The translations under genes were made by a program, and so were the position numbers. Below, piece by piece: positions 49,612 through 58,795 of a stretch of DNA of 64,000 bases (the first letter of the stretch is position 1; the number at the start of each line of letters is the position of its first letter). The notes under the pieces are model-generated. The model made no database searches, had not been told where the DNA came from, and saw only the letters and a list, made by a program, of their open reading frames with translations. The DNA lies in contig JBQTHQ010000076.1 in the NCBI GenBank assembly GCA_052389695.1, positions 15,728 to 79,727 of the forward strand, read 5' to 3'. Source of the DNA: Bacteroidota bacterium. Lineage in GTDB: Bacteria; Bacteroidota; Bacteroidia; 2-12-FULL-35-15.

Positions 49612-49698
49612 CCACGGAGGCACAGAGATCACGGAGTTTCACAGAGATGAATTCAGAACTTTCTCCGTGTGTCTTTGTGCTCTTCGTGTCTCCGTGGT
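49612..49698. repeat. 87-bp imperfect palindrome built from CACGGAG / CACAGAGA units centred on GAATTC, 26 bp upstream of the pgk start codon and immediately after the ABC-F stop
   Basis: Perfect 8-bp termini ccacggag/ctccgtgg; ~65 percent arm complementarity; repeated heptamers visible on both arms. Confidence 0.5.
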
Positions 49699-49702
49699 TT
49701 TC

Positions 49703-51388
<1,686 letters not shown>

Positions 51389-51466
51389 TTAATGCCATAT
51401 AATGTGTGGCAATTAGCGGCACTAAAATTCTTATATTAGTCGGGTTAAATAGACTAATTCTAAAAA

Positions 51467-53617
51467 GTGAAGATCAAAAAACTTTTTTTCGCCTTCATAA
51501 GTGTTTTATTGATTGGTATTGATGCAACACGTGCCCAAAACGCAAAAATTGATTCTTTGCAGCGACTGCTTGAATCGTCTTCTTCATCAGAAATACAGGA
51601 CACCACAGAAATAAAAATACACAATACCCTCTGTTGGGAATATCGGACAACGGGTGAGATGGAAAAAGCCCTGGATCATGGGAATATAGCGCTTCAGTTA
51701 GCCGAAAAAAATGTTGGCTCATCACTAGGCGCTATAGCGGGGGCCGCTAAAAAAGGAATGGCGGCCTCTTACAACAACATTGGGATTATTTATGATATTC
51801 AATCCAATTATCCCAAAGCGCTCAAATATTATTTCAATAGCCTGAAAATAAGGGAAGAAATCAAAGATAAAAAAGGCATAGCTAATTCTTTCAACAACGT
51901 GGGATTTATTTATGGAAACCAATCCGATTATCCTAAGGCCTTGGAATATTTTTTTAAAAGCTTGGAAATATGGCAAGAGATTGGAAACAAAAAAGGCTTC
52001 GCAATGTCTTATGGAAATATTGGAATTATTTATAAGCAACAATCCAATTATCCCAAGGCAATGGAATACCATTCCCAAAGCCTTAAAATAAAAAAAGAAA
52101 TTGGCGATAAAATAGGAATAGCTCAATCGTATTCTAACATCGGTTCTTTATATGCCGCTCTTGCCGATCAGCCAGACAGTATAAAGCAGGCATTCATGGC
52201 TCCTAAATATACCAATGGGCAAAAAGAACGCTCTATCGCCGCTCTTAATGAAATATTATTAGACAGCGCCTTGAGTTTTCAGACAAAAGCTTTTCGGATA
52301 ACGGAAGAGCTGAATGATAAATACAGTATGGCCTATAGTTTAATGGGTATAGGAGAAGCGTTGCAAAAAAAACGAAAATATGCGCAGGCTGTGACCTTTT
52401 ACCGTTTGGCGGTTTCATTGGCAGATAGTATAAATACGAAGGAGCAGTCTAAAGACGCAGCGCAGGGTTTGTATTTCTGTTATAAAAAATTAAACAAATA
52501 TGATAGCGCCTTATACTGGCATGAAAAAGCGGCAATGTTAAAGGATAGTATTTTCAGCAGCGAAAAGCAAAAGGACCTAGGCAGACAGGAAGCAAATTTT
52601 GAGTATGAAAAACAACAGGCGCTGGATCAGGCCGCACATGAAAAGGAATTGGCACTATCGACAGAACAGCAAAAACAACAACGGCTCATTAGTTATTCTG
52701 CAGGAGGGGGCTTGGCAATAGTTCTTTTATTTTCAGTAGTAATAGCTAACCGTTTACGAGTAACCCGCAGGCAAAAAGGCATTATAGAAAAGCAGCAAAC
52801 AGAGGTATCAAATGCGTATGCAATACTGCATGAAAAAAATAAGAATATTACCGACAGTATCAATTATGCTAAACGTATCCAACAAGCGCTTTTAAAAGAA
52901 GAGGAACATGTTTCCGAACACTTACCGGAACATTTTATTTTATTTAAACCAAAAGATATCGTGAGCGGGGATTTTTACTGGAGTTATGAGAAAGAAATAA
53001 AAGAAAAAAAGGGAAAAACAAAATATTGGTATCTGGCAGCGGTAGATTGCACCGGTCACGGTGTTCCGGGAGCTTTCATGAGTATGCTGGGCGTTGCTTT
53101 CCTGAATGAAATAAATAGTACGGACCAGCTCTTGTCCCCGGCAGAAATATTGGATCGCCTAAGAAATAAAATATTGAAAGAGCTAAGTCAAACAGGCAAA
53201 GAAGGAGAAAGCAAAGACGGAATGGATATTTCCCTGGTCCGTATTAATCTTTCCACACACGAAATGCAATGGTCAGGAGCAAATAATCCTTTATGGCTAT
53301 TCTCTCAGGAAAAATTTACAGAAATGAAACCCGATAAACAGCCCATTGGGTTTCATCACGAACAAAAACCGTTTACTAATTATAAATTACAACTGAAAAA
53401 AGATGATGGATTTTATTTGTTCACAGATGGCTATGCAGATCAGTTTGGCGGAGACAAAGGAAAAAAATTCAAATACAAACAACTCCAGGAATTACTATTA
53501 GCGAATTATGAAAAACCGATGAACGAACAAAAAATAATTCTTGATAATACAATTGAAAAATGGAAAGGAAATCTTGAGCAGGTGGATGATATACTGATCA
53601 TAGGAGTAAGAGTATAA
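51467..53617 (+). CDS. TPR-repeat sensor with C-terminal PP2C/SpoIIE-family serine phosphatase domain
   Basis: Signal peptide, TPR units, one TM (AGGGLAIVLLFSVVIANRL), then SGDFYW...VDCTGHGVPGAFMS...DGMDISLV...LFTDGYADQFG PP2C blocks. Confidence 0.75.
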   Translation: MKIKKLFFAFISVLLIGIDATRAQNAKIDSLQRLLESSSSSEIQDTTEIKIHNTLCWEYRTTGEMEKALDHGNIALQLAEKNVGSSLGAIAGAAKKGMAASYNNIGIIYDIQSNYPKALKYYFNSLKIREEIKDKKGIANSFNNVGFIYGNQSDYPKALEYFFKSLEIWQEIGNKKGFAMSYGNIGIIYKQQSNYPKAMEYHSQSLKIKKEIGDKIGIAQSYSNIGSLYAALADQPDSIKQAFMAPKYTNGQKERSIAALNEILLDSALSFQTKAFRITEELNDKYSMAYSLMGIGEALQKKRKYAQAVTFYRLAVSLADSINTKEQSKDAAQGLYFCYKKLNKYDSALYWHEKAAMLKDSIFSSEKQKDLGRQEANFEYEKQQALDQAAHEKELALSTEQQKQQRLISYSAGGGLAIVLLFSVVIANRLRVTRRQKGIIEKQQTEVSNAYAILHEKNKNITDSINYAKRIQQALLKEEEHVSEHLPEHFILFKPKDIVSGDFYWSYEKEIKEKKGKTKYWYLAAVDCTGHGVPGAFMSMLGVAFLNEINSTDQLLSPAEILDRLRNKILKELSQTGKEGESKDGMDISLVRINLSTHEMQWSGANNPLWLFSQEKFTEMKPDKQPIGFHHEQKPFTNYKLQLKKDDGFYLFTDGYADQFGGDKGKKFKYKQLQELLLANYEKPMNEQKIILDNTIEKWKGNLEQVDDILIIGVRV
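51775..52150 (+). repeat. in-frame ~120-nt tandem DNA repeats (3-4 units) encoding TPR units within the 51467-53617 gene
   Basis: Repeated strings ...caatccaattatcccaa(a/g)gc...tatt(a/t)t... and protein-level N(I/V)G(I/F)IY.QSNYPKA(L/M)(K/E)Y. Confidence 0.5.
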
Positions 53618-53636
53618 TTAATGATAAAAGAAATTT

Positions 53637-54299
53637 GTGCATAAACAGATTTACATATTCGCTTTTTTGATCTTATGCTTTGTCCATTCAAAAGCTCAGC
53701 CCGCCCTCGATACCATCAAAGATTGTTTGAAGCAAAGACCAAGCTTCCTGATTAAACTAGATTCCAGAAATTCTTTTATCAGCAATAGCCGCGCAAGAAT
53801 TTTAGGTGCAAAGCTTGCCCTGAACTATGGGGGGCGCCTACACTTTGGACTTGGTTATAATCAGTTGTATGCTCCCGCAAAAGATTTTGATCAACAAGTA
53901 TATTATGGGAATTTTTTTGGTATACGTGACAGTGTAACGGCAAAGCTGCACTTGTTTTATATTTCAGCGTATGCAGAATATATTTTTTACCAGAATAAAC
54001 ATTGGGAGCTGAGTATGCCTTTGCAAATAGGGGTGGGCAAAACGTATTATACATATCATCTATACGGACAAAAAAGAGAACGGGAGGAAAATCTGAATTT
54101 TATTTATGAGCCGGCTGTTTCAGTTGGATATAAATTTGTAAAATGGTTTGGCGTAGGCGCGGATATTGGCTTTCGCTTTATGGTTACCGGGGACAAGAAG
54201 GTGATTCAAAAATTTACGTCGCCAACTTATGCATTTAAAATTTTGATCTTTTATAATGAGATCTACAAGTCCTTATTTAAAAAAGATAAATCCGAATAA
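53637..54299 (+). CDS. secreted hypothetical protein, possibly outer-membrane beta-barrel
   Basis: Signal peptide MHKQIYIFAFLILCFVHSKAQ; alternating aromatic/hydrophobic beta-strand-like segments; C-terminal F-rich end. Confidence 0.4.
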   Translation: MHKQIYIFAFLILCFVHSKAQPALDTIKDCLKQRPSFLIKLDSRNSFISNSRARILGAKLALNYGGRLHFGLGYNQLYAPAKDFDQQVYYGNFFGIRDSVTAKLHLFYISAYAEYIFYQNKHWELSMPLQIGVGKTYYTYHLYGQKREREENLNFIYEPAVSVGYKFVKWFGVGADIGFRFMVTGDKKVIQKFTSPTYAFKILIFYNEIYKSLFKKDKSE

Positions 54300-54300
54300 T

Positions 54301-55473
54301 TTATTTTCTTAATTCCTTCACAGCTTTGCTTATCATTCCGATCGCTTCATCAATTTCTGCTTCGGTGGTATATTTTCCAAGGCTAAAACGAACAGAGCCA
54401 TAGCTATCTTCATCGCTTAAGCCCATTGCTTTTAAAACATGCGAAGGTTCAGGCACTGCGGAGGTGCATGCAGAACCCATTGCAAAGGCAATGTTCGGTA
54501 TTTTTTTTATCAATGCTTCAGAACGAATGCCCTGAAAAGCAATATTGGTAACATTGAACAAGCGGGTCCTTGTACTTCCGTTGATGAATGTGTTCCCTAA
54601 GTCACATAGGTGTTGTTCCAATTTTGTACGTAACCTTGAAATGCGCGCAGAATCATTCCACATCTCCTCCCCCGCTATTTCGCAAGCTTTTCCCAGTCCC
54701 ACTATACCTGTTACATTTAATGTTCCGGAGCGCAATCCCCGCTCATGCCCTCCCCCATCCATTTGAGGAAACAAATTAACACGAGGGTTTTTTCTTCGGA
54801 TATACAACGCCCCTACTCCTTTTGGCCCATATAGCTTGTGAGCGCTTAAACACATTAGGTCGATATGTTCTTCTTCCACATCAATATTTATTTTTCCAAC
54901 AGCTTGTGTGGCATCACACATAAAAATACTGTTGTTTGCATGTACAAGCTCTGCAATTTTTTTAATGGGTTGGATCACTCCTGTTTCATTGTTGGCATGC
55001 ATTACAGCAACCAGAACGGTTTGCGGCTTAAGTGTATTTTTCAATTCATCAAGATCGATCAGCCCTTCCCGGTCTACAGGCAAATAGGTTACTTCAGCCC
55101 CTTTTTGTTCCAATGCTTTGCAGGTATCCAGTACTGCCTTGTGCTCAGTTTTAACCGTGACAATATGTTTGCCCTTTAGTTGATAATTCTCCCCAACACC
55201 TTTAATTGCCAGATTAATAGCTTCAGTTGCGCCGGAAGTAAAAACAATTTCCTGCTCGGCACAATTAATTAGTTTGGCAACTTGTTGGCGCCCTGTTTTC
55301 ACAGCGTCCTCTGCAATCCAGCCAAAACTATGGGTACGGCTGGATGCATTGCCAAATTTTTTCGTAAAATAAGGCAACATGGCGGCCAGCACCCTTTCAT
55401 CAACGGGGGTAGTGGCATTATAATCCAGATAAATAGGCGTTTTCACAAGCTCAAAAGTATGAAACTTTATCAA
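54301..55473 (-). CDS. cysteine desulfurase (NifS/IscS class V aminotransferase)
   Basis: YLDYNATTP N-terminus, PLP-lysine block SAHKLYGPKGVGALY, active-site Cys region GSACTS. Confidence 0.85.
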   Translation of the reverse strand: MIKFHTFELVKTPIYLDYNATTPVDERVLAAMLPYFTKKFGNASSRTHSFGWIAEDAVKTGRQQVAKLINCAEQEIVFTSGATEAINLAIKGVGENYQLKGKHIVTVKTEHKAVLDTCKALEQKGAEVTYLPVDREGLIDLDELKNTLKPQTVLVAVMHANNETGVIQPIKKIAELVHANNSIFMCDATQAVGKINIDVEEEHIDLMCLSAHKLYGPKGVGALYIRRKNPRVNLFPQMDGGGHERGLRSGTLNVTGIVGLGKACEIAGEEMWNDSARISRLRTKLEQHLCDLGNTFINGSTRTRLFNVTNIAFQGIRSEALIKKIPNIAFAMGSACTSAVPEPSHVLKAMGLSDEDSYGSVRFSLGKYTTEAEIDEAIGMISKAVKELRK

Positions 55474-55684
55474 ATGATATTCGTAAAAGATTAGCCTTGC
55501 TTTTCCTTATGATTCAAAGATATAAGCAACCTTTTAAGGATTAAAAGAGTCTTTATGGGAAGTGTTCATATTCAAGAATGCATTGAAAGACAAAAAGATA
55601 GCAAATTTCTTGGGATTCTATTTTTTTTAGATTAGTTTTAGAGGATTAAAAAGATACGAGTAATAATAACCTAAACGCTGCACT

Positions 55685-57835
55685 ATGAATAAAATTACAA
55701 AATTAACATACACTGCGCTTCTGTGCTTTTTATTTTTCACCATCCATGCACAAGAAAAACACTGCGGTACAACTGAAATGCAAAAACGCGCGTTTGAAGC
55801 GGATCCTCAATTATATCAGGAATATATAAAAGAAAATGCGCGCTTAGAGGCAATTGATAAACAAGCCTTTGCCAATGGTTATAAGGAAACTGATAGATCA
55901 GCAGCTCCCCCTGTATATATTATTCCTGTTGTGTTTCACGTGCTTCACCAAAATGGTCCTGAAAACATTTCTGATGACCAGATTAAAAGCGCTGTAGCTG
56001 TTCTGAATCAGGATTTTCGTAAATTAAATAGTGATACAGGGAGTATTATACCTCTGTTTAAATCTATCGCGGCTGATGCTGAAATTGAATTTCGTTTGGC
56101 TCAAAAAACGCCTACAGGAGCCTGCACTAATGGTATAAACCGGGTTCTTACAGCCGAAACTTTTGTTGGTGACAATGGCTCAAAGTCTGGCATTTATTGG
56201 CGGAGAGACTGGTATATGAATGTTTGGGTAGTAAGCGCTATCAGCAGTGGCGCAGCCGGATATGCTTATTATCCTGGAGGAGCGCCTTCAGCCTCTGTTG
56301 ATGGGATCATGATTTTATCAACTTATGTTGGCAACACAGGTACCGGGTCGGCATACAGATCAAGGACTTTAACGCATGAAGTAGGGCATTTTCTTAATTT
56401 ACGCCATGTCTGGGGAGATGGTAATGAACCCGGTTGTGATGGAACGGGCTCGGGATCCCCATGCTTCGGTGCTGACAATTGTAATATAGACGATGGCGTA
56501 ACAGATACTCCAAACACACGCGGCTGGACAACTTGTAACCTGAGCGGTAAAACATGTACTTCAGATCCGTCCCAGTATGATAATGTGCAAAATTATATGG
56601 ATTATTCCTACTGTTTTAGCATGTTTACCGCGGGTCAAAAAACGCGCATGCGTTCCGCATTAACCAGTGCAAACGGGCAACGAAACACGCTATGGACAAC
56701 CACTAACCTTACCACAAATACAGGTGTAAGCTCTGCAGCAGTATTGTGTAAGGCCGATTTTGACGCATCCTTTCTGGCAAATTCCAGCAACACGATATGC
56801 CAGGGAAACAGCCTGACCTTTACAGATAAATCATGGAATGGCACGCCAACCGGCTGGACCTGGTCATTTCCCGGCGGAACACCTTCTACATCAACCTCAG
56901 CTTCCCCGGTAATACAATACAATACAGCCGGAACTTATAACGTGTCCCTAACTGTTACCAACAGTTCAGGAACGGTTAGTGCAACTAAAACAGCCTATGT
57001 AATTGTTAACCCCACCGTGGCAACGTATACCAATGCAACTTATACTGAAAGTTTTGAAGGAAGCGCCATTCCTAATGCGGATTGGAAAGTCCGCAATATG
57101 CTGCCCGGCGGCAATACCTGGGTTCAAACAACAGCTGCAGGAGCAACAGGAACAAAATCAGTGCGTATTGTTAATGCACCCACTTATGATACATATGTAG
57201 ATGAATTGGTTAGCCCTCCAATAAACATGACAGCAATTACAGGTACAGGAGTAACATTGACCTTTAAAGTTGCACATGCCCAAAAAACAGCAACATCAGC
57301 GGATAAATTGCAACTTTATGTTTCCACTAATTGCGGACAAACCTGGACAATACGTAAAACAATAACCGGAGCAGCCCTTTCAACAGCGGGAGTAAGCTCC
57401 ACCTGGACGACCCCTACTTCAACACAATGGGGGCTACAAAGCTCCTCTCTTACCTCTTTTACAGGACAGACAAATTTTTATATTATGTTCCGCTTTACAA
57501 GCAATGCGGGCTCAAACATTTACCTTGATGATATAAATATAAGCGGAACAGTTGGAGTAGAGGATGAATTTTCAGATGCACTTAGCTTTAATATTTATCC
57601 CAATCCGGCAGAGGATAATTCGGTAGTGGGCTTCAACCTGCTAGATAAACAAAAAGTAGAATTATCGGTTTATGATGTTTTAGGCCAACATGTGTCTACC
57701 ATTGTTGAAGGGAATTTAAATGCAGGAGAACATGAGTATAAAATAGCAGATAAGACCAGTTTAAGCTCGGGAATTTACTTTGTAAAACTGGTCGCTGGAG
57801 ATCAAAAATTCACTAAAAAATTAATTGTGAGGTAA
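55685..57835 (+). CDS. secreted M43 (cytophagalysin/ulilysin-type) zinc metalloprotease with PKD-like domains and T9SS C-terminal sorting domain, paralog 1
   Basis: Signal peptide; metzincin motif HEVGHFLNLRH plus Met-turn NYMDYSY; C-terminal NIYPNPAEDNSVVGF...GIYFVKLVAGDQKFTKKLIVR T9SS CTD. Confidence 0.8.
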   Translation: MNKITKLTYTALLCFLFFTIHAQEKHCGTTEMQKRAFEADPQLYQEYIKENARLEAIDKQAFANGYKETDRSAAPPVYIIPVVFHVLHQNGPENISDDQIKSAVAVLNQDFRKLNSDTGSIIPLFKSIAADAEIEFRLAQKTPTGACTNGINRVLTAETFVGDNGSKSGIYWRRDWYMNVWVVSAISSGAAGYAYYPGGAPSASVDGIMILSTYVGNTGTGSAYRSRTLTHEVGHFLNLRHVWGDGNEPGCDGTGSGSPCFGADNCNIDDGVTDTPNTRGWTTCNLSGKTCTSDPSQYDNVQNYMDYSYCFSMFTAGQKTRMRSALTSANGQRNTLWTTTNLTTNTGVSSAAVLCKADFDASFLANSSNTICQGNSLTFTDKSWNGTPTGWTWSFPGGTPSTSTSASPVIQYNTAGTYNVSLTVTNSSGTVSATKTAYVIVNPTVATYTNATYTESFEGSAIPNADWKVRNMLPGGNTWVQTTAAGATGTKSVRIVNAPTYDTYVDELVSPPINMTAITGTGVTLTFKVAHAQKTATSADKLQLYVSTNCGQTWTIRKTITGAALSTAGVSSTWTTPTSTQWGLQSSSLTSFTGQTNFYIMFRFTSNAGSNIYLDDINISGTVGVEDEFSDALSFNIYPNPAEDNSVVGFNLLDKQKVELSVYDVLGQHVSTIVEGNLNAGEHEYKIADKTSLSSGIYFVKLVAGDQKFTKKLIVR

Positions 57836-57926
57836 AGTTGAGGGTCTATTCGATTCGGGAGTTCGCCAATTCCATTTGGAATAGTATACTAATTTTTTAA
57901 AGAAATCACCCCTATCAATACAAGAG

Positions 57927-57950
57927 GAACTATACTATATAGTATAGTTC
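57927..57950. promoter_or_regulatory. 24-bp perfect palindrome gaactatactatatagtatagttc ~75 bp upstream of the SDR gene (candidate operator); a related 10-bp palindrome tagtatacta lies 40 bp further upstream
   Basis: Exact self-complementarity over 24 bp; shares the tagtata core with the 57877-57886 palindrome. Confidence 0.4.
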
Positions 57951-58025
57951 AGTTTTTCTATAAGAACCGATCAAATTTGGTTTCTATTTTATTTTAAACT
58001 AGTTTTAGGGGATAATAAAAAATAA

Positions 58026-58772
58026 ATGCTAAATTATTACTATATAACCGGAACAAGCAGAGGGATTGGAAAAGCGTTTGTGGAGCATTTGCTCAAAGAT
58101 CCATCGAATAGGGTAATTGGCATTTCGCGTCAACGAACAATAGAACATGCGAATTACAATCATTTTTTTTTAGACCTTACGGATGCCAGTGCTGTTACAG
58201 ATTTTAAATTTGAGCTGCATGCAAATGCGAAAAAATTATATTTAATTAACAATGCAGGAGCTCTTGGTTTTATAAAACCTATTGGAAAAATAGACGCGCC
58301 AACGATTATAAAAAATTACACTCTTAATTTAATAGCTCCCAGCATTCTTACAAATTCATTTATAGCGTGCTATAATACGGTGGACGCGGAAAAAGTAATT
58401 GTGAACATCAGTTCAGGCGCAGGCAAAAATCCCATCGATGGCTGGGCAGTTTATTGTGCTTCAAAGGCCGGAATAGATATGTTTAGCAGGGTGGTTGACC
58501 AGGAACAAAAAATCAGGGAGGAGCATGCACAGGAAAATATTCATAAGAGATTTAAAATTTTTTCTATTGCACCAGGAGTTGTAAATACAGCTATGCAGGA
58601 TGAAATAAGAGAGGCGGAACCGGAGGACTTTAGCCGGTTGCAGGATTTTATATCCTATAAAAATGATAATAAATTGGCAGACCCGGAATCCGTTTCTAAG
58701 AAATATATTAAAGTTTTGTCAAATGTAGATTCAATAAAAGAAGTTTTAACATCAATAAAAGATTACGAGTAA
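58026..58772 (+). CDS. short-chain dehydrogenase/reductase (SDR) family oxidoreductase
   Basis: TGTSRGIGKAFVE cofactor-binding loop, NNAG, catalytic Y-x3-K (YCASKAG). Confidence 0.8.
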   Translation: MLNYYYITGTSRGIGKAFVEHLLKDPSNRVIGISRQRTIEHANYNHFFLDLTDASAVTDFKFELHANAKKLYLINNAGALGFIKPIGKIDAPTIIKNYTLNLIAPSILTNSFIACYNTVDAEKVIVNISSGAGKNPIDGWAVYCASKAGIDMFSRVVDQEQKIREEHAQENIHKRFKIFSIAPGVVNTAMQDEIREAEPEDFSRLQDFISYKNDNKLADPESVSKKYIKVLSNVDSIKEVLTSIKDYE

Positions 58773-58795
58773 ACCGATAACCTAAATGCTATACC

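Noticed and set aside
51725-52126. 133-aa minus-strand ORF
   Set aside because: Antisense to the TPR repeat block of the phosphatase gene; its own repetitiveness mirrors the sense-strand tandem repeats.
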